DNA from: a virus
Lineage: Duplodnaviria > Caudoviricetes
Strand: one strand, 5' to 3'
Length of the DNA stretch: 64,000 bases
Virus record (IMG/VR): IMGVR_UViG_2898748948_000004
Location: 22,443-86,442 of that record
Shown here: one piece after another, positions 1 to 7,921 of the stretch
Position numbering within the stretch: position 1 is the first letter of the stretch
How the letters are laid out: each line of letters begins with the position of its first letter
Notes under the pieces: model-generated
Databases searched by the model: none
Told to the model about the DNA's origin: nothing
The model's input: the letters and a program-made list of their open reading frames with translations, nothing else
Program-made: the position numbers and the translations under genes

Positions 1-118
1 TATCGCAGTCTTCCTGCAGGGCCTTTTTGATTTCAGGAGGCGCACTTTCGAGCATGTCGTTGAGGAATGCGGCCAGCAGCTTGACGATGAAGTCTGGTTG
101 GGAGGAAGGTTGGTTCAC
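1..118 (-). CDS. Hypothetical phage protein, N-terminal part (runs off the window)
   Basis: GTG at 118 with AAGGA upstream; reads MNQPSSQPDFIVKLLAAFLNDMLESAPPEIKKALQEDCD. Confidence 0.55.
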   Translation of the reverse strand, partial: MNQPSSQPDFIVKLLAAFLNDMLESAPPEIKKALQEDCD

Positions 119-183
119 GGGTGGATCCTTATGGGCAACAAAGCAAAACCGGCATTGGGCCGGTTTTGGAAAAGAGGGGTTGG

Positions 184-1089
184 TCAGCGTCCGCTGGGCA
201 AGTCGTACCAAGACCACTTGCCCTTGTTGGCAGGGTCAACGTAGCGCCAGGCGGGGTGTGTGCCTGTGGTTTCCTTGAGTTCATCCACCGAGTCCAAAGC
301 GCATTGGCGCAGCTTCGCCAGGCCTTGAGTCATCTTGGGCGTCTTGTATTGGCGCGTCACAAACAGGGCATCGGTTGCGACCGTAGCCACGCCGGCAGCA
401 TTCATGCGCTGATAGTTCAGGCGCGCTGGTCGATACACGCCCTTGAGCTTTTCGACCACGGGTGCAGGAATGGGCAGCAGCTTGTATTCAGGGCCGAGCT
501 TGCTCACGGTACCGAGCGGTGCGCCGCCGACAAAGACTGCTGCAGCAATCTGCCCAGCCTCGAGTGCCTTGAGCACGGCATCGCCGTTTTCGTGCGGCAC
601 CACCTGAAACGGGATCTCGGATTGCAGACGGATGACCTGGGCGGTGATCAGGGAGCCACCGGCTGCGCCTACCTTGCGCCCTGCCAGCGATGTGAGGTCA
701 GTCAGCACTACCGCCTTTGCGCCAAAGCCCATCGTGCCGCCTTCCTTGAGCCCTGAGTTCACCGGAGCGACGATGTGCACCTGCTCGGGGTGCAGGGCCA
801 GCAGCGTTTTGACATCGCCAAGATCTTCGGTGCGGGCGCGCAGCCAGAGCACATCGGACTGGGTGAATGCTGCGTTGACCTGATTGCCGACCAGCTGATT
901 GATGTTGTCATTCGAGCCGGTGCTGGGGATTTCCACCACCGCCACATCACCAGCGCAGCGGGTGTTGAGCTGGCGCAGCATGGACGAGTAGGTGTCACCA
1001 GCTTTGCCGGTTGCGACACGCATCTGTGCCTGGGCTATAGGCAGCAGGGCTGTAGCGGCGAGGACTGCAGAGAGAATGATCTTCTTCAT
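184..1089 (-). CDS. TAXI-family TRAP transporter solute-binding subunit-like periplasmic protein
   Basis: Signal peptide MKKIILSAVLAATALLPIAQA; motifs VATGKAGDTY, STGSNDNINQL, AFTQSDV, LHPEQVHIVA, LAGRKVG typical of TAXI receptors. Confidence 0.8.
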   Translation of the reverse strand: MKKIILSAVLAATALLPIAQAQMRVATGKAGDTYSSMLRQLNTRCAGDVAVVEIPSTGSNDNINQLVGNQVNAAFTQSDVLWLRARTEDLGDVKTLLALHPEQVHIVAPVNSGLKEGGTMGFGAKAVVLTDLTSLAGRKVGAAGGSLITAQVIRLQSEIPFQVVPHENGDAVLKALEAGQIAAAVFVGGAPLGTVSKLGPEYKLLPIPAPVVEKLKGVYRPARLNYQRMNAAGVATVATDALFVTRQYKTPKMTQGLAKLRQCALDSVDELKETTGTHPAWRYVDPANKGKWSWYDLPSGR

Positions 1090-1097
1090 GGTGCTCC

Positions 1098-1253
1098 TTA
1101 TGGAATGCGGAGGGATTGCATGGCGCTGTCATCAGCGGCGGGGGAGGCGGCTGCAGGTGCAGGGCTGGCGCTGGGCTGCTGGTACTCCAGCAAGACCCCG
1201 GCACCTACGACGCAGACCAGTAGCAACAGGGTTGCGATGATTCGATAGCTCAT
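1098..1253 (-). CDS. 51-aa single-TM peptide
   Basis: MSYRIIATLLLLVCVVGAGVLLEYQQPSASPAPAAASPAADDSAMQSLRIP; ATGA overlap with the upstream stop; missed by the ORF track. Confidence 0.7.
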   Translation of the reverse strand: MSYRIIATLLLLVCVVGAGVLLEYQQPSASPAPAAASPAADDSAMQSLRIP

Positions 1254-1990
1254 TGGCGTACTCTTTCTTGGATCTCGATCGCGCGAACGTCGATCGGTGG
1301 GGTGGCCGGGCTCGGCAGAGCCGGAGGCGCTTGCATGGCCAGGGCCGAATCCAGTTCCGCCAGAGCGCGATTCATGGACGACTGCACCGAGTCGAGCGAT
1401 TCGGCAGCGAGCAGCTTGTTCATTTCATCGTCGGCCACAGAGCCGGAGAGCTTCTGCATGCGAATCGCGGCTTGGGCCACCTTCCACTTGTTGGAGGCCC
1501 GCGCGGTTGCCGCCTCAAACTCATCGGCATTGCGCTTGGCATCCGCGAGGCGCTGACGCTTGAGTTCCAGCAGCCGCTGCAGTCCCTTGAGCTGTTCGTC
1601 AAAGTCGGCGGCGTCGTCCGGCTGGTCGGTGCGTAGCGTCTTTACTTGATCCGCAAAGTTGCGCACCTCGGTGGCGAAGTTCGTCAGCTCTAGCTCGGCA
1701 TCCTTGATACGGCCCCGGGCCTGCAGAGCGATGTTCTGCCGGGTTTCGATGGGGTTCTGCCGCGCTTCCTGCTTCAGGCCTTTGAGTTTCCAGTTGGCGA
1801 ACTTCATGGAGAGCACTGGAGCACCATGCACGATGGCGAGCCCTAGCACCGAAGCCAGGGCAAGCCCGACGATGCCTTTCACAGCCAGGAAGACAAACGG
1901 AGCGATCAGGACAGCGCCAGCAAGGCCTATCCCCCATTTGGCCCAGGCGGCGATGCGGGCCTTGCGTTGTTCAGTAGTCAATGTAGTCAT
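1250..1990 (-). CDS. Membrane-anchored coiled-coil protein (PspA/IM30-like architecture)
   Basis: N-terminal hydrophobic hairpin followed by a long heptad-rich helical region. Confidence 0.6.
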   Translation of the reverse strand: MTTLTTEQRKARIAAWAKWGIGLAGAVLIAPFVFLAVKGIVGLALASVLGLAIVHGAPVLSMKFANWKLKGLKQEARQNPIETRQNIALQARGRIKDAELELTNFATEVRNFADQVKTLRTDQPDDAADFDEQLKGLQRLLELKRQRLADAKRNADEFEAATARASNKWKVAQAAIRMQKLSGSVADDEMNKLLAAESLDSVQSSMNRALAELDSALAMQAPPALPSPATPPIDVRAIEIQERVRQ

Positions 1991-2081
1991 GCTGAAAACA
2001 GAAAAGGCCCGCTTTGTGGCGGGCCTGGGTTATCAAAAGTAATAGCAACAAGCGTTTTCAGGACTTGGGCTATTCGTGGTT

Positions 2082-2384
2082 TTAAGATCTTTTCAGGTCT
2101 GCCACATGCTCGAGCAGCTTGTCGCAAAGCTGGCGAAATCCTGCTGCTGCCATGTGTACAGCGCCACGCTCTCTGCGAATCGTGACGCCCAGGGCGGCAA
2201 GATTGGAGGCGTCTACCTTGATCACTTTCAGGCGAGCATTGAGCTGACCGAGGGTGATGGTTCCGCCCTGGCTGATCAGCTGTAGGAACTCGTCTTCGCT
2301 CAACTCGTTGAGGCCGAGTCCTGTCGGTATCGCTGGCGCTGCTGGATCGGTATGGGGTAGTGGAGCAGGGGAGCTGCTGGTCAT
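2082..2384 (-). CDS. Hypothetical protein resembling the C-terminal tail domain of YqaJ-type phage exonucleases
   Basis: ITLGQLNARL...LAALG motif; ATG at 2384 coupled to the upstream stop. Confidence 0.5.
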   Translation of the reverse strand: MTSSSPAPLPHTDPAAPAIPTGLGLNELSEDEFLQLISQGGTITLGQLNARLKVIKVDASNLAALGVTIRRERGAVHMAAAGFRQLCDKLLEHVADLKRS

Positions 2385-2497
2385 AGTGTCCAAGGAGGAT
2401 TGAGGCTCAAGAAGGCGACAGTCAAGACAGCAAGAATGCTGAAGCCGAGCCAGAGAAGCAAGGCCCAGCCGAGGCTGGGGGCGGGGGGAGCAGTCAC
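2381..2497 (-). CDS. 38-aa single-TM micropeptide
   Basis: MTAPPAPSLGWALLLWLGFSILAVLTVAFLSLNPPWTL; GTGA and ATGA overlaps on both sides. Confidence 0.6.
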   Translation of the reverse strand: MTAPPAPSLGWALLLWLGFSILAVLTVAFLSLNPPWTL

Positions 2498-2565
2498 GGC
2501 TTGCGGGCCATGGCCATGAAGAGGATGGCCACAGCGATCAAGGCCAGGGGCATAAGGTTGTCCAT
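2494..2565 (-). CDS. 23-aa hydrophobic micropeptide
   Basis: MDNLMPLALIAVAILFMAMARKP; its stop overlaps the next GTG. Confidence 0.5.
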   Translation of the reverse strand: MDNLMPLALIAVAILFMAMARKP

Positions 2566-2571
2566 GCGGAT

Positions 2572-2979
2572 CTAACCCTTAGCGTGTAGAGCCATGTCCA
2601 GTGCCGCGCGAAGCTGGTTGGCCGCGTACTGCTGCTGGGAAAACTGGCCTGTCCCGCCATCGGCAGCTTTAGAAGCTGGCACGAGCCCGCACTCAATGGC
2701 GGCTTGGATTGCGGCCTGCATTCTGGGTGCAGCCATCAGCATGGTGCGGATCTGATCGCCGGTCAGCCCGGTTTCCTCGCGCAGATTGAACATCTGTGCG
2801 ATGAATTTGGCGTTTTCGCGTGCCGCGTCCTCGCCGCCTTCGGTGTCGGAGAAGCAGCCTGCAATCAACGAATGCAGGTTGGAGCCGAAGTCATGGGCGG
2901 CAACGGCCCAGCTCTGCTTGAAGGTTTGGCTCATGCGCGGCCCGGCTGGGCCTGCATTGAAAACAGGGGCTGCGCTCAT
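2572..2979 (-). CDS. Hypothetical phage early protein
   Basis: 135-aa ORF coupled to its neighbour in the leftward operon. Confidence 0.7.
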   Translation of the reverse strand: MSAAPVFNAGPAGPRMSQTFKQSWAVAAHDFGSNLHSLIAGCFSDTEGGEDAARENAKFIAQMFNLREETGLTGDQIRTMLMAAPRMQAAIQAAIECGLVPASKAADGGTGQFSQQQYAANQLRAALDMALHAKG

Positions 2980-3377
2980 TCTGTGGCACTCAGTCCGAGG
3001 CGGGCCCGGCAGAATGCAGCCGCGCCTTCCTTTGTAGAGTGGGCGATGCCGCGAGCGATCACTCGGTCATCCCAAAGGCTGACATCGAAGGTCACTTCTT
3101 CAAAGTAGTCCTTCTCAGTTGCTGCTTCGACATAGTAGGTTTCGCCGGACTGCATCAGGTGACTGATGCGGGTGTCCGCCAGTGAAAAACCGTTGATGGT
3201 GGCATCCTGGGGCTTGTGGCGATACTTGGTTTTTTCGTTCCAGAGGGGGTGCCCGTCTAGGCTGACCCAATCCGTGGAGCCTTCTTCCAGCTTCTGCCAT
3301 TTCAGCCAAGCTCGCTTGGTCTGGCCGGAGTCCTTGGCATAGAGGAGCATTTCTTTGGCGTGTACGTGCGCGGTCAT
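2976..3377 (-). CDS. Hypothetical phage early protein
   Basis: 133 aa, HAKEMLLYAKD..W..W pattern typical of lambdoid early proteins; ATGA coupling. Confidence 0.7.
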   Translation of the reverse strand: MTAHVHAKEMLLYAKDSGQTKRAWLKWQKLEEGSTDWVSLDGHPLWNEKTKYRHKPQDATINGFSLADTRISHLMQSGETYYVEAATEKDYFEEVTFDVSLWDDRVIARGIAHSTKEGAAAFCRARLGLSATE

Positions 3378-3601
3378 TTCGCCTGGTTCTTTCCTGATTC
3401 TTGGATGTGGGTGAGCTGACGGCGCAGGCGCTCGCAGCGTTCGTGGAACATTTCGACCGTCGCGGCTGCATGGTCGTAGGCGTTTTCGGCGCTTAGCAGC
3501 TCGCGCTCCGCTTCCTCGAGCTGGCGCTGCACGAGCACCTCAAGTGGGGGGATGCAGAAGGTGTAGCTCAAGCGTCTGAGCTTTTTCACGAGAGCGAACA
3601 T
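3374..3601 (-). CDS. Small coiled-coil hypothetical protein
   Basis: 75-aa ORF, translationally coupled. Confidence 0.65.
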   Translation of the reverse strand: MFALVKKLRRLSYTFCIPPLEVLVQRQLEEAERELLSAENAYDHAAATVEMFHERCERLRRQLTHIQESGKNQAK

Positions 3602-3604
3602 GGT

Positions 3605-3820
3605 TCAGATCTCTTTCAGGCATTGCATTTCGGACTTGGAGATCCAATCAACGGCGTGGCCTGGAGGGCAGGCCTGCTGGGCCCCAAGCTCCGAGCGGGT
3701 CAGTGGGCCCTCAGCTGCTGCAGAGGCTTGGCTGCAAGCTGTGTTGGCCAGTGCCGCTGCAGCGCAGAGGAAAGCGGCGGCAAGGCGGGCGCAGCTTGAG
3801 TTCAGTCGTTGATTTCGCAT
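3605..3820 (-). CDS. Small exported or lipoprotein-like hypothetical protein
   Basis: Basic N-terminus, Ala-rich hydrophobic stretch, paired cysteines. Confidence 0.55.
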   Translation of the reverse strand: MRNQRLNSSCARLAAAFLCAAAALANTACSQASAAAEGPLTRSELGAQQACPPGHAVDWISKSEMQCLKEI

Positions 3821-3830
3821 GGTCAAGTCC

Positions 3831-3870
3831 AAAAAAATGCCCGCCCAGTAATGAAACGAGGCGGGCAAAA
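3831..3870. terminator. Bidirectional intrinsic terminator
   Basis: A-tract, GCCCGCC stem pairing with GGCGGGC, A-tract. Confidence 0.6.
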
Positions 3871-4487
3871 GTCAGCTACTGCTGACCCCACGATGACAAA
3901 AAAGGCCGGTCGCCAATACTGGCGAGTTCAGGACGAATTAAGGGAGGGAGGGAGGAGAAGCGCCCTGAGCCGGCACAAAAGGTAGACAGCACAGCTTTCC
4001 CTTGCCCGATGAGGGGCGAGCAGGGGAAATGCGCACTTTGGTTAAAAAAGTTGCTGTGCCATCTGGTGTGACCGCTGTTCGCCACCAACCAAGCAGGTCA
4101 TGCTTGGCCGATGTTCCTAATTGCCGCCTGCTCGGGCCCATTCCCAAACAGACGTACCTGCTAGAGCGGTCACGCCAGATAGCCCTCGCTACTTTCCCGA
4201 GGTGGTCATTGATGCGCGCCTAAGACCGGCGCGTTCCTCTTGCAGTATTCCGGCCCAGCCCCCACGGGCCGGGCCATTGGGGTCGCGGGGCCGAACCGCG
4301 ATTGCATCAAAAGCCGGTCTTGATACCGGCCCTGGCCTTTTTCGCCGCCAGGGCGGGCGCCGCAGGGCTACTTCTTCCACCAGCGTCGGAGCTTTTCCCT
4401 GAACGCACCCCAGGTGCGAAACTTGGAGCCAGCCCAGAAGCCTGCGGCGAAAGTGCAGCCGAGCGCTATGGCATCGACCAGCATGGC

Positions 4488-5102
4488 TTAGCCGTTGATC
4501 GCGGCGACAATCAGCTCTGCAGTCGAGCCGAAGGCTTCGGCTTCCGCCACGGTCTTCACATCCACAATGTCGTGCTGCGCGCCCTGGGCCTTGAGGTCGT
4601 CGTCCAGGGACTTCAGCCAGGCCGTTGCTGCAGAGTCCGAGCCCACCTGCACGAACAGGATGGTCAGGTCATCGTCGTTTTGCTGCTGGTTGGCCGTGTC
4701 GATGATCAGCTTCTTCACAGCGTCCTTGTTGTCGGGCACGCCATCGGTAAAGACCATGATGAAGTCCTTCTTGTCCGACTTGCCAGCCAGCTTCAGGGCT
4801 TCCTGCAGGGCTTCATACAGGGGGGTGGAGCTGACAGGGCGCATGCCCGCAAATGCGGCATCCAGCTTGTCGGGGGTGACGCCGTCATGTGCCTTGATGT
4901 CCACGCCGTTGAAGATCACCAGACCGATGCCGTCCGAGTCCAGCTTGTTCGTGTCGCGGCAGAACATGCCGAGTGTCTCCTGCACAGAATCCCAGCGCGA
5001 GCGACCTTTGACGTCTTCAGTGGTCATGGAGCCAGAGGCATCCACCACAGCGATGTAGTCGAATTCGGTCAGCTTTGCCAGTTGTTCAGGGGTGAGGGTC
5101 AT
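4488..5102 (-). CDS. von Willebrand factor type A (vWA) domain protein
   Basis: MIDAS motif VVDASGSM, plus STPL, VFTDGVPD, ILFVQVG. Confidence 0.88.
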   Translation of the reverse strand: MTLTPEQLAKLTEFDYIAVVDASGSMTTEDVKGRSRWDSVQETLGMFCRDTNKLDSDGIGLVIFNGVDIKAHDGVTPDKLDAAFAGMRPVSSTPLYEALQEALKLAGKSDKKDFIMVFTDGVPDNKDAVKKLIIDTANQQQNDDDLTILFVQVGSDSAATAWLKSLDDDLKAQGAQHDIVDVKTVAEAEAFGSTAELIVAAING

Positions 5103-5238
5103 ATCGAGTTTCCAAAGATGCTGGAGAAAGAAGGCGCTCCAGCTTCGCCATAGAAAACAATGAAATCACCTTCAATCACTTATCTGGTAAGTGTTTGAAG
5201 CTATGAAATTTGAAACAAACGGGCAAAAAAAGAGAGGC

Positions 5239-5646
5239 CTAGGTAACGGCTTTGCCTAAAAGGCCTAGGGTGCGGTGGCGATCACGGCAGATGGTGAGCA
5301 GCGCCAGCGCTTCGTCTTCGCTCACGGACGTGCCTGCGGTGATCTCGTCCATTAAGCGCACTGCTTCTTCCAGCTCGGCTGGGGTTTGAACCTTGGCCAG
5401 GATCAGTGCCATTTCTGCAAACTTGTTCTGGCTTGTGGTCGAAATGCGCCGAGTGGCCTCGTGCAGTGCTTCCATAGGGCACTTGTTCTGACCAGTTGCG
5501 GTAAGCAGAATTGCGAAGCAGTCTGCTTGGTTGCGCACGGGCGCGGGAACCATCTGGCTCTCTGCTAGCAGCGATGCGCACTCCCTGATCAGTGATAAGT
5601 GCGACAGTGAGGGTGAACCATCCCCTGCGGTATTCGATGACTGCAT
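5239..5646 (-). CDS. Hypothetical protein, weakly RecT/SSAP-like N-terminus (possible remnant)
   Basis: LAESQMVPAPVRNQADCFAILL resembles a motif of phage RecT-like proteins, but the ORF is only 135 aa. Confidence 0.35.
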   Translation of the reverse strand: MQSSNTAGDGSPSLSHLSLIRECASLLAESQMVPAPVRNQADCFAILLTATGQNKCPMEALHEATRRISTTSQNKFAEMALILAKVQTPAELEEAVRLMDEITAGTSVSEDEALALLTICRDRHRTLGLLGKAVT

Positions 5647-5929
5647 TTTTCTGTGGTGGCGTTGAGTGATTGGAGCCTTTGCCGTTGCAAGGCCTTCAGT
5701 AGCCGCTCGGGGGCAGCCATGTTGTGGTGCCTCTCCAAAGAGAGGGGGTGCTGTCCTGCACCATCGCGGCGGTGGATTGGGCCAACTAGACCTAGCGCGC
5801 ATGGCGCGTCGGTGTAGCCCACGGAGTCGAACCGTGTCCAATCCACCTGCGTGATGGCCCCGCTTAGCCCTGCGGGAGTGGGCAACGATCAGGGCTCGTA
5901 TAGGCCCGAGGCAAACATTTCAATCTCCT

Positions 5930-5968
5930 TTCAACCTCAAGCCATCTGTCACAAGGCTTGAGGTTGAA
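5930..5968. repeat. Perfect 14-bp inverted repeat (hairpin)
   Basis: TTCAACCTCAAGCC, 11-nt loop, GGCTTGAGGTTGAA. Confidence 0.9.
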
Positions 5969-6424
5969 GCCCGGATTACGCGCCGGGTCGCAGGGGCCGC
6001 TGGCCGCCCCAATGACGGCATCAATATGCCGCGCCGCTTTTTTGTTTCCCTTTGGTGTCATCCCGTCCGTTAGCTGCGCCACATAGGCGCAGCAGCATCA
6101 GCCTGCGAGGGCGGTGTTTCATTTGTCGGCTCTTGGATAGCTGGCGCTACCCCGTCACGGCCTCCCGCCTACGCTGCACATGCAAGCTGTGCTGTCCGTA
6201 TCTTTTCCCAAGGCCCTTCACCGATTTAACGGACTGGCCACCGCGCGGAAATTCGCGGCGCGCTGCTGGCTCTCACCAGCCTGGGCCATGCCCCAGTGCG
6301 CAATTGACCCGGACGAATGCCCCACAGGTAGGGCAAGCAACATCGGGTGACGATTTTTTAAAGAGCGAAGCGGAGAGCATTTGCCCGCCGAACGGAAATG
6401 CATTTGCTTTTCTGATGTGGTGAA

Positions 6425-6443
6425 TCTTGCCATAAGTGGAAAG
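6425..6443. promoter_or_regulatory. Putative repressor operator (OL)
   Basis: TCTTGCCATAAGTGGAAAG matches the reverse complement of 7432-7450 at 17 of 19 positions; CCA-N4-TGG palindromic core. Confidence 0.7.
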
Positions 6444-6523
6444 AAAAATGCAAAAGAAGTCGATAGATTTTTTGAATAAAGAATCTCTCTTAATTAGAAA
6501 TATCTTCAACATATGGAAAATTA

Positions 6524-6539
6524 CTGTACGTATCATCAG
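6524..6539. promoter_or_regulatory. LexA (SOS) box-like site
   Basis: CTGTACGTATCATCAG, one mismatch to CTGT-N8-ACAG, in the AT-rich intergenic region. Confidence 0.55.
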
Positions 6540-6592
6540 TAGTAGAAACCACAATTGGTAAATAATTGTGTAGATAACTTCTGGAGACGTTA

Positions 6593-7045
6593 GTGGCCGG
6601 TGTATGGGATGTGGGAGAGGGCGGGGTGTTGGTTTGCAGGTGCGCTGAGGGCTTTTCGGCGCACGCGCTGGCGCTGGCTGCGCAGCAGCTGTGGCTGCAC
6701 GGCGGTATTACTGGAAGAGCGTTTGCTTGGCTTTTAGAGTTGCCAGGTGTTCGTCTGTCGGAGTGGCAGAGACTCGAGCTGGCTGCGGTTTTGAGGGAGG
6801 CGCTGACCGCGAAAACGCTGCCCGGTGCAGTAGTTGTGCTTCCGGGGGATGAGGATTGGATGCGCCAGCAGGCCTGGTCTCTTGCGCGAGAGACAGGCGG
6901 GGTGCTGGGCGTCTTTGTGGAGAGAGACGAGGCCCAGGAGTGGGCCCGTCAGCAGGCGTTGGTCTTTATTGGTGAGTCCGTCTGGCGAGTTCGAGAACTT
7001 GCAAACACGTTGCATAGGCCTGTGTCGAGGCCCCCGGGTCTTTGA
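6593..7045 (+). CDS. Hypothetical protein (STAS/SpoIIAA-like fold suspected), convergent with the repressor
   Basis: GGAG RBS, GTG start; ends with a VFVERDEAQEW pattern like STAS/SEC14 proteins. Confidence 0.55.
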   Translation: MAGVWDVGEGGVLVCRCAEGFSAHALALAAQQLWLHGGITGRAFAWLLELPGVRLSEWQRLELAAVLREALTAKTLPGAVVVLPGDEDWMRQQAWSLARETGGVLGVFVERDEAQEWARQQALVFIGESVWRVRELANTLHRPVSRPPGL

Positions 7046-7346
7046 TCTTGTCCAGCTGACGGGCAAGGAAGATTGCCTTGTCAGACAGGGGTTCGCCCTT
7101 GTCCGAAGGGGCGAAGTTGGGGTTCAGCAGCTCATGGATCTCCAGGCCAAAGGCCTTGGCAATCTTTTCAACCTTGTCTAGGCCAATTCCAAGGTCGGCA
7201 TTCTGAAGTCGGGCTACGGTGCCCAGGCCAATTTCGGCGTCACGAGACAGGCGGCTGATGTTGATTTTTCCGTAGTGCTGCAACATCAGCTTTTCAACCG
7301 CTGTCCACAGCTGGCTTTTTGCGTCGGGTGTTGGGTTGGAATTCAT
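6966..7346 (-). CDS. XRE-family HTH prophage repressor (CI-like, no S24 peptidase domain)
   Basis: HTH ISRLSRDAEIGLGTVARLQN..LDKVEKIAKAFG; divergent from cro; 126 aa from ATG 7346. Confidence 0.82.
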   Translation of the reverse strand: MNSNPTPDAKSQLWTAVEKLMLQHYGKINISRLSRDAEIGLGTVARLQNADLGIGLDKVEKIAKAFGLEIHELLNPNFAPSDKGEPLSDKAIFLARQLDKIKDPGASTQAYATCLQVLELARRTHQ

Positions 7347-7431
7347 GCCACAAATGATAAGACTTCCGTGTAATTTTCGTAAGTGGTAAGGACATTGCGG
7401 GCTGTAAGAGCTTGCCGCAAGTTGAAAATTG

Positions 7432-7450
7432 CTTTCCAGATATGGCAAGA
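7432..7450. promoter_or_regulatory. Putative repressor operator (OR)
   Basis: CTTTCCAGATATGGCAAGA just upstream of the cro ATG; related sites at 7346-7361 and 7374-7390. Confidence 0.7.
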
Positions 7451-7458
7451 TATTAGGC

Positions 7459-7695
7459 ATGAACGATCTCATGTCCGTTTTTGCCAAACTGCAAAAGCGA
7501 ATCTCGAAACTTACTGGTGCCCAGGTCGATAAGCTGGCAGAACTGTCTGGCGTATCCGCGACCACGATTCACCGCGTCCGCTATAGCTACAAGAAGCCGC
7601 GCCTGGAGAACATTAGCGAGCTCCAGAAGCACATCGATGCCGCAGAACGTGCGCCCAAACGTCGCCCGCGCAAGAGCCAGCAGGTGGCAGCATGA
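7459..7695 (+). CDS. Cro-like HTH regulator
   Basis: VDKLAELSGVSATTIHRVR HTH, first gene of the rightward operon. Confidence 0.8.
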   Translation: MNDLMSVFAKLQKRISKLTGAQVDKLAELSGVSATTIHRVRYSYKKPRLENISELQKHIDAAERAPKRRPRKSQQVAA

Positions 7696-7921
7696 GTGCG
7701 GCGCAGTCAGTCTGGGAGATCTCCCGCAAAGAAGCCAATACCGCGAAGCCCTCTGCAGTTGGGCGCGTCAAGCTCAACCAGCCTCCGCACTATGGTCGGA
7801 TGAGCATGCAGAGTCAGTCGCGCGCTGACCTCCCAGCCGATGAGCTGGCGGCTCAGAAAGCCCGCAGCATTCTCAAATGCTCGCAGCTCTCAGCCCTGCA
7901 GCGTGGCAGGAGGGTTGTCGA

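Noticed and set aside
3900-6420. tRNA genes in the hairpin-rich intergenic regions
   Set aside because: No cloverleaf with a T-loop GTTCRA and acceptor stem could be built by eye; tRNAscan-SE would settle it
7347-7565. Extended repressor N-terminus in the ORF track (start 7565)
   Set aside because: It overlaps cro and the operator region; ATG 7346 gives a typical HTH repressor
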